This document shows positions 13,556 to 28,391 of a DNA stretch of 64,000 nt, in pieces. Every line of letters starts with the position of its first letter. The stretch's first letter is position 1. The position numbers were made by a program, and so were the translations under genes. The stretch is from Octopus vulgaris (Eukaryota): contig OX597831.1 of the NCBI GenBank assembly GCA_951406725.2, positions 16,678,001 to 16,742,000 of the forward strand, written 5' to 3'. The notes beneath the pieces were generated by a model. That model did no database searches, was not told the origin of the DNA, and was given only the letters and a program-made list of their open reading frames with translations.

Positions 13556-14419
13556 AACTATAAAACATAGTTCTTCATGCTGTCAGAATAACTTAAAAAT
13601 AAATATGTTCTACAAGCTAATTAATTGTGCAAGCTATATAAATCATTAAAACGCGTTTAAAAACGTCATCCAAATCATTAAACGTCAGTATATTATACCA
13701 TAAATATTTTATGAGGAATGCGTAATTTATTTTAGTATGACAAACGAATAATGTACAATAGGTGACAAAAATAGTTCATCAAAGAACCAAACCGACATTA
13801 CGTTTACAATATTCAGACTCATATTCAATGTTGCATAGTCACATTTATTATCTTCTCAAACTTTACTATTTATTTGCATAGTTATGTAGTTCATTAATAT
13901 TTCTAGCTTGCACGAAGACCTCCGCATTATGCTTAAAGAGCAATATTGACAGTAACTTCGAAGTCTCGGCTAAATTGTTACGATAGAAATGTGTTGAGTA
14001 ACGTCAGATATCGTCTTGTCATATTGTAATAGTCATAAATCTTATTCAAATAGAACTCTCATGTACATACTCCAAGATATATATCTCTCATAATAAGAAA
14101 TGTATCCCTATGGGAATATTTAAAAGAATTTTCTTCGGAAAGAAATATTATTTTAGCAAATATTAAATATCAAAATTCAACAGAATTCTCATTGCACAAA
14201 TAAAAGAAAGAAAGAAACATAATTATTCTTTACCAAATATTTACTGCTCGTGAAATTATTGGTAGTAAATATTGATATACTAAATATGATATTGTCAAAA
14301 ATACCATTATTATTATTCCTATGATAGGCTATTTGAATAATAGAAGTAGTTTTTAACTTTTGGCTAATACTACATACATAGTTGCGAGAGTGGCTGTGTG
14401 GTAAGTAGCTTGCTTACTA

Positions 14420-15830
14420 CTACCAAGTTGTCGCGCTTTTGTACGCCGAAAAAGTCATATCGTTCGGCGTCGAAAACTGAACAATTGAAGCACGACCACA
14501 GGTAAGACATTTGATTTTTGGGAGATCAGTGGGATCTGTTGTTTGAATTATTTATTATTTTTCGGGCAAGGGGTTTCCACTGGGTTCCAGACATTTTGTC
14601 TGTCAGTCGTCGTGCAAGAAGACTCACTTCATAGCAAGAATTGTGTGTTTTTTCGGGAGGTGTGTCTCTCCGAAAATTTTTGAATTTTATGTGACTGTGC
14701 TTGTGCCTTCCAAGAAGATTTTACCATAAGAGTACAACCGGAGTTGGATGAAATTTTGTGCTGTGCTTCAAAGAATTTCTTATTCCTGCTGCAGAGGATT
14801 ATGGAAGTTGCGGAATTGTGTTGTGTTGCCTTTTTGTCTTGCTTCGCGCTTTCTTCTCTCGTCAGTCTTTCTACTCTGTTTTTTGTTTATATTTTTAACT
14901 TTTGAGTTGAACGTTTTTGAACTTTTTATTTGAGAAATTTTTTTATTATTTGTGTTGTATCAATATGGCAACAAAAATATGTTGGAGTGGCGAATTGTGG
15001 CCCCCAATGACTGGATTAAATAATATACGGAGAGAACGGTGGTATTGAAGACCTACTCTAAGGTCCTTGATACTACCTTTGTTTTCTTGCGTAATGATAT
15101 AGAAAACGAGTTGACAGGATACCTGACAAATTTTAGATTTATGCGCAGGCGTGCGAAGTACGCAATAGTGTGTGTGCTTTTCAACAGCCATGCGGAGGCT
15201 CAAAAATTTGTGAGCCAGTCCATTGAAGGGGTGAAAATTTTGTTTCTCCCCATCTATGGTGTGCAGATATGGTGAAAAGCCTGGGTGTGTTAGCGCCCAC
15301 CCGGAATAGAAACTGAATGGATATGCAGAGATCAGGGACAAGCGTTAAGGACCAATTATATGAAGTGCAGAATTGACAACACTACATTTAGCGACAAATG
15401 AAGAATGTGGAATGTGCAGTGTGAGGGGTAAAACAAGTATGGAACATCGTTAGCGAATTTCATAAATTGGCACAGTGAGAATACAAACGACGCCATGACA
15501 ATGTGTCAAGAATGGTCTATTCGGAACTGTGGGGAAATCACGGCTTACGTAGCTCAAAGAAGTGGTATGAACAAACCCCAAAATGAGTCACCGAAAAGGA
15601 GAACCGCAAAATCCGATGGAATGTAATGATCCAGTGCGATCATCTCACCAGATATACGAAACTTGACATGCATGTTTGTGGGGAATAAATAAGAAAGAAC
15701 ATGCATGATTATCGGCATAGTTTGCCCCACTGACAACAGGATCAACAGAATGAAGAAAAAATACTCAACTACGACGAATTCATTTGGGAAATTCAAAGAT
15801 CGTAGTCAATGAAGAGAGGAGACTTGATAC
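14420..15830 (+). mobile_element. Probable 5' UTR and ORF1 of a Tx1/L1-like LINE, degraded
   Basis: ORF 15039-15275 is RRM-like (ERTVVLKTYSK..VLFNSHAEAQKF..FLPIY); begins right after a truncated SINE head at about 14385-14418. Confidence 0.4.
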
Positions 15831-16329
15831 CAATAGTAATTGATGAACTTGGAAGCATCAGCACTCAACTACCACAGAAGAACATCTACAAAAATCAGCA
15901 TTGATTGGAACTGCAGGAATTCTTGGGAGGGTTCTTGAAGCATGACCAGTAAACTAGTGTCACCTTAGTCTACTGGTTTTGGACAGGTCACACTTTCCAT
16001 CATACCCAGCAAAATAAGCTGAGGTTTCTTATAATATTAACAACAACAGCAATAATGGAGGTGGCATCAACTGTATGGACGGGCTAGTGATACCGTCGAA
16101 GGAGGTTTTGAAGCAGATAGATGAGCCGAGCTATGAGTACATGGAGATATTGGGAATGGACAAATTGATGGGGAAATAAACGAGAGAAAAATTGAAGGTG
16201 GAGAACTTGTGTGGGCTGAGACTGATCCTCAAGTTGAACTCCTCAATAAATAAGGGCTCTTACTTTAGTTCACTGGTTGTGAACAGTGGTACCGTAGTAC
16301 ATTTGTGGCGTTAGAAGCTGTGCAAAGAC

Positions 16330-16873
16330 AATAATAATAATAATAATAATAACAATAACAACAACAACAACAGCAACAGCAACAAGAACAAGAACCACAA
16401 CAACAAGAACAGCAACAACAACAATAACAACAACAACAACCAGAACAAGAAGAAGAAAAAGAACAACAACAAGAACAAGAAGAAGAATAACAAGAACAAA
16501 CAACACAACAACAACAAGAACAAGAACCACAACAACAAGAACAACAACAACAACAAGAACAAGAACAACAACAAGAACAAGAAGAAGAACAAGAACAACA
16601 ACAAGAACAACAACAAGAAAAAGAAGAAGAAGAAGAAGAAGAACAACAACAACAACAACAACAACGACAAGAACAACAGCAACAACAAGAACAACAACAA
16701 CAACAAGAACAACAACAACAAGAACAACAACAACAACAAGAACAATGACAACAGCAACAGCAAGAATAAGAACAACAACAACAAGAGCAACAACAATAAT
16801 AATAATGACAACAACAAGAAGAAGAAGAAGAACAACAACAACAACAGCAACAATAATAATAATAATAATAATA
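16330..16873. repeat. Compound cryptic trinucleotide array (AAT/AAC/AAG)
   Basis: Directly visible; explains the low-complexity ORFs at 16270-16908. Confidence 0.9.
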
Positions 16874-16980
16874 ACATCATGCGATGATATTTCATCATCT
16901 TTCATCATCTCCTCAGTTTGAATTTCTTACATCTTTTTCTCTATATCCCACCAAACAATGTTGGCTTATTTCATTCGTTA

Positions 16981-17170
16981 TCATTTCAATCTCCGTCTCA
17001 GATAGCCATCCGTTTTAGCATCTATCTTATCAGAAATCCTTTGTTCAATGGATTCGAAGAGCCTTATTTTCTTCCATTCTATTAGCATCCTTTGTTTATA
17101 TCCTGCAATTAAAGCACAATTATCCTCGCGAGGCTGGCTGCTAAAATCAAAAATCCATTTCTGCTTTGTA
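16981..17170 (-). mobile_element. R4/Dong-like N-terminal fragment
   Basis: GYKQRMLIEWKKIRLFESIEQRI resembles the N-terminal DNA-binding region of R4-type ORFs. Confidence 0.4.
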
Positions 17171-17439
17171 TATTCCATACCTACACACGTATACTTTGGT
17201 GCGTTTGTGAGCGGATAATGCAGTGCCTCATATTTTTGAGCAGTAAACTGCATGCTGTATTGTTCAGATCACATGTATGTTATATTTCGGTCACGCCACA
17301 AGCTTGCAACATCGTCATATTCTATATTGCCTCTGACAATTGTGTACCATACGCGTAGTCTGTGACAATCCCTGTCCATGGAAACTGCTATAAACAGTAA
17401 TGGCCCTAGAACAGTTCTCTAAAGTAATCCATTCAGAAT

Positions 17440-17620
17440 TAAAGTCTCCCTAGAAAGGTATCATCGCCTACTACGGCTTGACGTGAATATTTGAAGAAGT
17501 CATGTAACCACAGTCCTAGTTTACCAGCTGTGTGAAGATCTTGCAGCTTATGACATATTATTGCATGGTCTACTTTCCCTAAGGCCTTTGGAATGTCATG
17601 AGTTTGAATGGCGGAGCTAC
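17440..17620 (-). mobile_element. CR1-like RT fragment
   Basis: KALGKVDHAIICHKL..GKLGLWLHDF..RQAVV. Confidence 0.6.
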
Positions 17621-18502
17621 AGTTTGAAAACCGTGTCAGATTGCCGTAAGAGATGTGTGAGCTACATAATTCAACAGATATACCCACGTCCATGAGTAAA
17701 ATGTTTCCAGAAACCTCGGGTAATACTATAAGGGTTTCTGACCTAGTGTCTGATTAGGATGTTCTGCAAACTGACCTTCAGTATAATGGTCGGATTTAGA
17801 ATATGAAATACTGAGTTAATCCAGAAATATGATTGTGTGGAAAAGAACTTTCCAGACATCGTAAAAATACATATCACTACATTATACATTATAAAATCAG
17901 AATTTTAGTATATGTATGATAATAGCATAAACTTTACAAACCATATTGAAATATAATCTCCGTTGAAATAGACATAGTTTCGTAACTGATATTAGGGCTA
18001 CAATAATCCATAATAAACGGAATCTAAATACGTTGCATGAAATTGCAATTATATAAAAAAGTATTCAGCAATCAAAAAATATTTATTGAAGACGAAGAGA
18101 TCCGAAGGGAAAATGCCAGATGGTAGAGAAATAGGAAATGATATAAAATTATAATATATATTGTTCCACAGATAATAATATCAAAATACTTTATGCATTG
18201 CAGATACATTTATTATAGACAGAATAGAGAGAAATCAGTGTCTAGAGCATTATCGATGAATATTTGTATAGTTCACATGGAACAAGTATTTCGGATACTC
18301 AGATAAAGTAATCAGAAAATAATCTAGAAATAAGCAATATAAAACGATACATCTATCATTATTTAAAATATTATTTTTTTAAAAAAACTATTTACAAACG
18401 CCACCAGAAAATAAATAATTCTCAGAAATGTTTCTCATGATATATACGATAAGGAATCGTGAATAATCAAGCCATTATTGCTTTTCTTTTCCCATATAGT
18501 AT

Positions 18503-19530
18503 GGGAACTTCATGGCTGGGAAGGGGTGAAAATCAGAGGGTGCAAGGTCAGGAGAGATGGGGGAGGAGTTAATAGCCGCAAGCCTGTGCTTCTGATCTGG
18601 CGACAAGCGAGTTGTGGACCAGAGCGTTGTCCTGCAGGAGGAGGATGCCTTTGCTGATCTTGCCCCACCTCTTGATTTTGATAGCTTCTCTTAATTTCCT
18701 CAAAAGTGAAGCATAATAGGCCCCTGCAATTGTGGTACCCTTTGCCAGGAAATATGTCATCACTCTCCGTTCTGGTCCCAGATGACCTTGCCAGTGGAGG
18801 GCTGCACCCTTGCCTTCTTTGGGAGGAGGTGAGTCAAGGTGCTTCCACTGCATTGACTGGGCTTTGGTCTCTGGATCATAGTGATGGACCCAGGTTTCAT
18901 CCTGTGTAATCAGCCTTTTGAAGACTCGTCTTCTTGGCACATCTCCAAATTCATCCTCGAGCACTCGACGCGTTCTTGCTTCTGGAAAGGTTTGAGCAAC
19001 CTGGGAATCCATCTGGCAGACACCCTTTGCATATGCAAATGGTCATGAATGATAGTTTCCACAGACCCGGTACTAATCTTGACCTCACGGGCTATTTGGC
19101 GAATAGTTATGCGTCGATCTTCCAAAATGGAAGCCTCAACTTAGCGGACAGATGCCTCATCAATGGCAGAAGGGAGCGACCAGATCTGGGAGCTGTTTCC
19201 ACAGAGTTCCGATCATGTTTGAATTCACGATGCCAGCGTTTTACAAGGTCATATGATGGGGCATCATCACCATAAGTTACTTTCATTTCATCAAAAGTCT
19301 CCCGTGGTGTGCGTCCTTTCAAATACAAAAACCGGATCACTGCTCGACACCTAATAGGCTCCATTTCACACTTGACTCAGTTCAAACACCTGTAAATCAG
19401 AAACCACAATTAGTTCAGAGCTGTAATTTGCTACTTAATCTATAGAGATATGAATAATTGGACATGCAAAATTAGATCAAAAGTTAGATCAAACGACTGC
19501 AAGTGGGTCAGGGGCATTACTTATTGAACG
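18503..19530 (-). mobile_element. Mariner transposon, frameshifted and 3'-truncated
   Basis: HTH ORF 19107-19364, WIPRLL, ITQDETWVHHYDPE, LLQDNA and SPDLAPSDFH motifs; one terminal end at about 19530 followed by TA. Confidence 0.9.
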
Positions 19531-19899
19531 TATTTATATATATCTTGAAAGGAGCACGTCGTAGACAAGACTTAACTACAATCCCAGACACTTTTCTCCT
19601 TATGAATATTTCTAAGATCTGCAGCACAGTTTGTATGTCAAGAGCAGGACTTGCTAGTCATAGAAAATCTCATGACAGTATTTTTAAGTAAAGAGATGGC
19701 CTTCTTCTCTAAAGGAGTGGAAAACATCATATATACACACACATACATATATACATTGTGACTCAAGTTCCGATAGTTTCTTGCATTGCAAGTACTTATA
19801 TATACACACACACGTACATATATATACACCTGTATATATATATATACTTGAGTGTATATATATATATATATATTAATATATATATATATACACACAATA

Positions 19900-19951
<52 letters not shown>

Positions 19952-20321
19952 GACATATATGTATATATATATGTGTGTGTAAGTATGTGTATATGTATTT
20001 GTATATATATAGATTTGGATGGATTTTACGTAGATGTGCATGTGTGTTTGTGCGTATACACCTACTTATATTATATAAGTGATATTTTCAACTCATACTT
20101 TGCGATTGTTCCTCATTGCTACAGCGGTTCCATTCTTTGTTTAGAACATATATTTACGAGAGAGCAAACACTTTTTAAAGATAATTTCAATTGCGGTGAT
20201 GAGTTATTTGTTTTATCATGAAATAGGCAGCATATCTGACGACGCAGACTTGCTACTCTAGAAATAAAAATGTCAAATATATTGTCATCTAACATCACCA
20301 TACATGCATGCACACACAAAT

Positions 20322-20357
<36 letters not shown>

Positions 20358-21140
20358 GTATAAAATTTGTATATAAATACATATATATATATATAAATAA
20401 TATTTAATATATATATAAAGGTTTAATGAGACATCCATCTGTCACATGCCTTATGAGGTACAAGACTGCGTGTAGTCTCGTACGAAAATTTGATTCTTTA
20501 TATCAGAAAAATTTCACCGATTAAATATTCGGTATTCTTTTCAATAATCGTTTAACGTTAATATTAATAATAAGGGTAATATTATTCTTGCAGATATCCT
20601 AAATAGCAAGCATTTGTAATATTATTCTTGCATATTTCCTATAAAATCTAGAGATAACGGCAGCCCATCGGTAGAATGAGCTCCGTTCAGGGGATTGGCT
20701 CCAGCAGGAAGTATCGCAGCCCATTCTCCATGGCAAAGTCATTCCAATCATCACTGTGGGGCGCCATATGATCTGGCACATGTGACATATGTGGCCAACC
20801 ATCGCTTTCCAACCATCTTCTGCTGCTTTCCAGCCACGCTTTGGTGCTTTCTTTCTTTTCTTTCTTTATATTTCATCCTTTTATTTCAAACTTCTAGCCA
20901 AATAGCAATATTATTGCGAAGGCGTCCAGATAGCAGAAGCGTTAGCAATATGCTTAGCGGCATTTCGTGCGTGTTTACATTTTGTGCATCGTATTTAATA
21001 ATCTTAAATGACATCTGTGAAGGTAGGAATGTTGCATTTTAAATATAAACACACATAGGTTCGTGTAAATTTACTCACACGCACATACACACACATATAT
21101 ATATATATATATATGTATATCTATCTCTCTGCATACATGC

Positions 21141-21192
<52 letters not shown>

Positions 21193-21569
21193 GCACACAC
21201 ACACACACACAAATATATATATATATATATACATATATATTCACATCTCTGTCTTGATATGTAACCGTCTATAAACGACTGGTTGGTTTTTTTCTTCTCT
21301 ATTCTTATGTCATGTATGGATTTCTGCTTTACCCATCTTTTCCTCTAGTCTTATACTAAAATAGTTTTGATCCTTTGTTTTATGTACTTCATTATATATG
21401 TATTTATGTGCGTTTTACTCCTTGTGTGGGAGGAATATTATGAAGTGCTTCAATGGCATCGCTATAATGCCAAAACTAATATGTGATGCTAGAGGACTAA
21501 GCAAATTTTTCAATAAAAAACAATACAATAATATTATTTCCTACTCTAGTCACAATGCCCGAAATTTTT

Positions 21570-21742
21570 GGGGAGAGAGGGCCCGCCGTTTAGATTGATC
21601 ATAGTACGCAACTGGCAATTTATACATCGACCCCGAAAGGGTGAATGGCAAAATCGACCTGGGCCGAATTTGAACTGAACGTAAGGGGGACGAAATACCT
21701 CTAAGCATTTCGCCCGGCGTGCTATCGTTTCTGCCAACTCGC
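21570..21742 (-). mobile_element. tRNA-derived SINE; related copies at 31930-32070 (+), 41076-41245 (+), 56520-56690 (-)
   Basis: Shared GAGTTGGCAGAA..GTTCAAATTC..GGTCGA..TTTCGGGGTCGAT body across copies. Confidence 0.75.
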
Positions 21743-23157
21743 AACGTTAGCACTATACTTATATTAAAAGTAAACTGATGATGCGCTGTTTGCACGTATT
21801 GAACAAGACAATTGATCCTACTACATAGGTGCATTATAAGCCCCAGCGAGTCCACTGCTTTTATAAAGCATACATTAAATACCATTCACCGTCCCTCATC
21901 TATCTATATAAACCTGTGGTTCTCAACTAGGGCCCATATAAGATTTTTGCGGGTCCACACCTCAAAATATTGAATTGAGGATCCGCAATAATATTTTGAG
22001 TGCCTCTGAAACATTTTGTTTTAGATGTATATTTTGGTATTCCTTGGAAGAAACATCTAGGGTTCTTTCTCTAACATTTTACATAGTTAAAGCTACACCA
22101 GGTAATGTGTGAAAAACGAAAGAAGAAATATAAAAGTTTCCATAAAACTTGTTAAATTTCGTTTTTGGATTTGGTTTGCAAGATTCTTTATATGAGTTCG
22201 TGTATTGAACTATCAACTGTTGTGTCCGGGGAGATTCATTTTCTTTTTATGCCTTATAATATAGAGAGTCAACACTATTGAAAATGTTGCAAGACGCAAC
22301 GAAAATTTTAGGAAAATAAAAATAAGAAAAAATTGGAAACGTTACCGGTGAGTGTGTTACATTATAAGGCACAAAAAGAAAATGACTCTCCCCAGACACA
22401 GCAGAATTGTTTTTAAATATTAAATGGTTATGGGGATCCACAAGAATAAAACGGTAATCAAAGTTCTCCGTAGACAAATACAAAAAAAATGAGATCCTGA
22501 TATATACCGTACCGACACAAGGGAATTACTGAGGTAAATCCATTAGCATTAAAATGGATACTGTTGGTGACCAAAAAAGAAAAAAAGCCAAAATCTGGAG
22601 ACGGGGTTGATACACAATAATACAAGGAGTTTACCGGAAAATATAATCTTAACTATGTATAAACATCGAGTCCCAGGCAAGTTTGCTTGGTACGAAACTT
22701 CATTTCCAACTGCATGGTTCTGGTTTCAGCCCACAGACTGATATTCTGAGCGACTGTTTTCTATCATGGACTCGCACCTCGGAAACCGTTCAATCGTTCG
22801 TGTGCGGCAATGCTGCCGCACCGTCGTGAGAGGTTTTGAGACAAAAACATGACCACAGGAGTTAATGATTTAAAGCCTAGTACTTATGCTATCGGGTCTT
22901 TCGCCGCACCAATGAGTTGAAGGCACGTAAACACAGGCGGAAAGACACACGTACACACACATACACGAACGCACTCGCGCGCACACACACATTTACGACG
23001 CAATTTTGTGTGATAAAATAAACAAAAAAAAGAAAAATTACTCCGTCTGGTGAGAGGTAAAAATTATTTGTTTCAAGGGCAAATTGCATATATATAAGTC
23101 TCTGTTTTTGACTATTTCTCAACAACTGAAACTATTAGTAGCAGTATGCTGCCCTTT

Positions 23158-23218
<61 letters not shown>

Positions 23219-23219
23219 T

Positions 23220-23350
23220 CGACGGGCTTCTTTCAGTTTCCACCAACCAAATCCACTCCCAATGGTTTGGTCCGCCCAAGGTACCGCGCAGTGGGACTGC
23301 ACCCGGAATCATGTGGTTAGTAAGCAACCTACTTACTACACAACCACTCC
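23220..23350 (-). mobile_element. SINE fragment of a second family; head also present at about 14385
   Basis: GAGTGGTTGTGTAGTAAGTAG head on the minus strand matches 14388-14418. Confidence 0.55.
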
Positions 23351-23369
23351 ATACTTACAAAAATGCATG

Positions 23370-23462
<93 letters not shown>

Positions 23463-23938
23463 TATGATAATCTTATGATAAAAGGCAGATTTTCTCTGCC
23501 TCTGACATAGTTTGTTTTTAATACATTTGCACAACATAGAATTTCTTCAATTGGAATTTACCTATGATTTTTCGAAGTAGATTCCATTAGGTCATGGCAT
23601 ATACATTTTTTTCAATTACACCCCGAATTAAGTAAAAATTCCAGAAAACTCAATATTTTACGATTTGCATCTCTCATTTCAAATGCTTTACTCCTGCTAT
23701 TACCACACTTTCTCTTAGTTTCTCTTTGCAAGTGTATACCACTATCATATCCTCTTTGTGCAACTCTTATTCAACATCACACATTCTGTTACTTTCCCTT
23801 ATTAATGCTTAAACCAATCCTCAAAAAAAAGGAACCAGGGATCTGTCGCTAACTTTTGGTAGTATTCATTGGTGAGCGTACTTCATTTGTCAATTGTTGA
23901 AAGAAAGAAATTGTAAGCTAAGAAGGTGTGTGTGTGTA

Positions 23939-23969
<31 letters not shown>

Positions 23970-24109
23970 CTGTGAGTGTGTGTGTGTAGGAAGTGAAGGA
24001 TAAAAATATGGCAAGAAGTGGACAGATATACATATATACATACATACATCCATACATACATACATGTGTGTGCGTGTGTGTATGTATGTGTATTAATGTG
24101 TGTGTCTTA

Positions 24110-24495
24110 TCTCTCTCTATATAAAGCTGAAGTTGTCTGTGTGCGAAAGGTTTGGTAGCCTTCAACTAACACTATCTCCTCCGAGACCCTGCGCTACAAG
24201 TTGACGAAACTTGAAAGTATGATAGAAGAAGGGTTGCTCTTCCTTCCGTAGAAGATAAAATTCAAATCGGACGATGTTAACACCAAAAATTATTTACATC
24301 GAAAAGATGCTTTTTTCTATAAAAATCCCTATCTTTTACGATTTTTTCAATGCTTTGTCGCCACTTTTCCGTGTATTTCAACCAGTAAAATGTTCACCTG
24401 AAGAGAATAACAAGCTACATAATGCAAAAGTTTTACTTTTCAAAAATATCAATTCCAGTGGCTCGAAACAAACCCGAGCAACGGCGATACTGCTA

Positions 24496-24496
<1 letters not shown>
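24110..24496 (+). mobile_element. Non-autonomous Helitron-like element
   Basis: A|TC 5' end; 3' CCCGAGCAACGG hairpin remnant then CTAG|T. Confidence 0.65.
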
Positions 24497-24544
<48 letters not shown>

Positions 24545-24548
<4 letters not shown>

Positions 24549-25411
24549 GCGGAGAACATATTGTTGTCTAAATTACGCAAATATGAAAATAACACTGGCA
24601 TCTCATTTACAAAATTTACAGATATATTTACAAAATTTGCAAAAAATATCTTGAAATACTAAAGAGTAAATTTATTCAATAAAATCGCTATTGTCTTCAA
24701 CCAATACCTCTAGAAGACTTCGGAATCTCCTGCAGCTCTTCTGGATCATTTCTTTATTTAAGTTGGTGAATACTGCCAATATCCTTCGCTTCAGTTCATA
24801 TTTGGTGTTATAAGATTTTTGGGCTCTGGTACAACTGCGCCCCACACATAATACTGAGAGTTGTTGCAGTCTTTGGAGTTAGACGGTCATATGTTAGGGG
24901 TGATATGGACAGCCTTGACTGTGTTCTCTCGCTTGTGTGGCATGGCACTACCTCTTCTAGGCACTTGATCTAGACTTCTGTATTGCGTATGAGGCCGTGT
25001 GGAAAGATCAATGGAGGCAAAACGTTGTTATGGCTAGTGTTCCCTCCAAACACCATGATGTTGACTGGATATTTGATTTTTATCCCAATTGGTACGTGTC
25101 CTCAGATTTACATCTATAACACTCTGAAATATTTGTATTTGAGTTTCCGACGCGAATGCAAAGCAGTGCAACATGTCGTATACAAATTTGTTGCAGAATG
25201 AATTGCGTCATAGTGTTGTGTTTCTCACAGACGGTGCCCAACTAACCCTACTATACTATGCATTCGACAAAATGAAATGCAACAATACGAGGTTTGCACA
25301 CAGTAACAGATATGTGAGATAGTAAGCTTACGTACTGGGCTAGATTTGAATGACCAGTGTCAAATTACTGAAAGAAATATATGTACGTCAATTTCGCTAC
25401 AAGCAATACCC
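24545..25411 (-). mobile_element. Degraded Tc1/mariner-superfamily transposon
   Basis: TATAGGGT...ACCCTATA ends; minus-strand PSNSKDCN..YYVWGAV..ELKRRILAVF..CRRFRSLLEVLVE C-terminal transposase motifs. Confidence 0.65.
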
Positions 25412-26277
25412 TATATACATGTGTGGGTGTGTGTATGTAATTTAAACATTAATTTTCTTTTTATATTTAACATTCACCAAAAACTTATATATTTTCCCAG
25501 TTTATAAAGATTTATTTAATATACATCTAGTCATATACTTCTCATTTATTTAACTTTTCCTTTATTTATCCCTCCTCTTTCTATAGGCTACCTCTCACGT
25601 TATATCATATAACGTTTTTTCTAGCAATATTGATAGCGTTTAATAAATCCCTATACATATCCATCATTTTCTGTTAAAATGCCTTATTGATGAGTTTCGT
25701 TTCGTCACTTCACTGAAGAGACGATTACATTGTTTTACATCATTTTAAAATTATAATATGCAGAGGATACCATCTACGACACAAATAAATATGACATTAA
25801 ATTAACACGATGAAATTTAACAATCGATATATCTAACCATTCGCAACTCCATTGCTACGTTATATAATAATGCAAATAATAAAACGTATTTCAATATCAT
25901 AATCGTATTGTTCTCCATGAATATCCTTAGTAAAATGTGTTCAGTTAAATTTAGAGACAACTTTGAATGCTTTTTATTTTACGCTGTTTTATGTAAATAT
26001 CAGTGCGGTACGATACGTTCACTGAGTAATAATAACGATATCCAGTTATTCATTTCAGGGCTTTCGACGCCACCGGATTGTAATACCTTGGGGAAGAAAC
26101 ACTGTCCCAAAGCAGAGATAAATTTTCTGGCAATTAGAAGAGGAGACGACTTTTGCCCGTATATATGGACTTTTCTTTTTTACTAAGAATGGTGCAATTA
26201 ATTAATATCTTTATATTTACCCACACATTTACACATACATACATGCATACATATCCATTCATACACACATACATGCA

Positions 26278-26351
<74 letters not shown>

Positions 26352-26352
<1 letters not shown>

Positions 26353-28362
26353 GGATTTCCACAATGCAAACTGGGAAGCGATCAATAATGATCTTGCACA
26401 AGTCGATTAGTCCTTCACGGACACATATACACCCACTAACATAGAAAAAAATCAACAACCTGGAATACTGTCAACAGCAACACACCAATCTGACTGCCAT
26501 CTCGTCACTAGAGATTAAAAAACATAAACTCCAAAACAACATGATGTCTATCATCAATAGTCAGAGAAGAGCTGAAGAGGCCTGGGCCATTGAGACGATC
26601 AAACTCAATCCCAAAGTGTTCTTTTCAAATGCAAAAAAATACAGAGTCACTGGTTCTACTGTTGGCCCTCTGATTGATGAAAATGGTACTCTTCAAGACA
26701 TTGCCAAAACCATGGGAGAGATATTGCAGAAAAAATATTGCTCTGTTTCAGCAATCCTGATATGATTGATCTGGGCTGTATCAGTGATGTTACACCCCAA
26801 TACACTTTATCGTACATAACCTTTGACGCTCCTGATGTCTTAGCAGCAATAAAGGAAATGAAGCATAATTCAGCAGTAGGTCCCGATAGGTTCCCTGCTT
26901 GTGTCTTGAAGATGTGTCAAGACCAACTTGCACCCCCTCTAGCCAATCTGTGGCGGAAGTCACTGGATGCTGGATATATACCAGAAGACCTTCTATCCCA
27001 GTCTGTTGTCCCAGTTTTCAAAAAAGGAAACAAATCGCTTGCAGTGAATTACCGTCCAATCTCACTCACCTCTCATATCATTAAGGTATTTGAGAGAGTG
27101 GTGAGATCGCCTTTGACTCACTTCCTCGAGAGTCATAATATGCTGAACTCCAACCAGCATGGATTCCGTAATGGAAGAGATTGCCTGACGAAGCTACTGC
27201 ATCGTTTTGATGACATTTTGAGAGCCTTGGGAGAGGGTTCCAACACTGATGTCATCTACCTTGATTTCAGCAAGGCCTTTGAGAGGGTTGATCATAAGAT
27301 CCTTTTAAGAAAGCTGCCCAATACTGGTGTCACTGGAAAGCTGCTGCAGTGGATCAAGTGCTTCCTGTCTAACAGAACCCAACATGTTGTAGTCGAAGGA
27401 GTCAAATCCAGCACAGCCAAAGTCAGCAGTGGTGTCCCACAAGGCGCTGTGTTGGGCCCACTTCTCTTCATCATCTACATTAATGATATTACTGACACCA
27501 TCAAACACAGTATCTTCAGAACCTTCGCTGATGATTTCAAGCTCCAGAAGGTCATCAATGGCGTGGATGACCGAAAAAGTCAGACTTACTGGCTGTTGTC
27601 CAATGGGCGGAAAAGAACAACATGTTGCTAAACGAAGACAAATTCGAACTGATCCACTTTGGAAGGGAGGACGCTCTGAAACTCCCATACTCCCTTCCTT
27701 CTGGAGAAATTCTCATGGCGTCTAACAGCATCAGAGACTTGGGATGAACAGTGGACAACAACATAACCTAGGCTACACATATAAGCAGCAAAGTTGATAC
27801 GGCCCGCAGAATGTGTTCCTGGATTCTAAGAACCTTGCAGTCGAGAGATTCTCACACCATTATCCTTCTCTTATCCACTTTTGCCCGACCCCACCTTGAA
27901 TAGTGCTGTCCACTGTGGTCTCCCTACACTAAACAAAATATTATGAGAATTTAAGCTCCCCAAAGATCAATCACAAAAAAGATAGATGGCATGTCAGACC
28001 TTGACTACTGGGGTAGACTAGAGAAACTGAAACTGTATTCACTCCAACGACGCAGTGAACGCTACATTATCTGTATGATGTGGAAAATATTCCATCAGCA
28101 CTGTCCGAATGATGTTGGCATCACCTTCAAAATACATCCAAGGCTTAGACCACGTGACATCCGTTCACAACATTACACCAGGATACGTCAAAACAGAAAC
28201 TGAACACACACAATTGAAGAAGTCTCCGCAAACAATAACCCTCTGCTCGAATGGGCGTCGGTGCCCAAATCCTGAATTGAAAGACTTCGTCAGGTGGTGC
28301 TATTAAGTTAGACATGGCCTGTGCCAATACTGGCCAAAACCTTTCTAAGTTATTCTAAGTTA
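26352..28362 (+). mobile_element. CR1/Jockey-group LINE, 5'-truncated ORF2 (RT)
   Basis: ORF 26738-27631 has NYRPISLTS, QHGF, YLDFSKAF, GVPQG and FADD; tandem TCTAAGTTAT tail. Confidence 0.9.
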
Positions 28363-28391
28363 TACATACTTATATATATATATATATATAT

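Noticed and set aside
16270-16908. Long hydrophobic ORFs (also 4514-5077, 37037-37823, 58838-59619 and YIYI ORFs)
   Set aside because: Translations of microsatellites and low-complexity DNA
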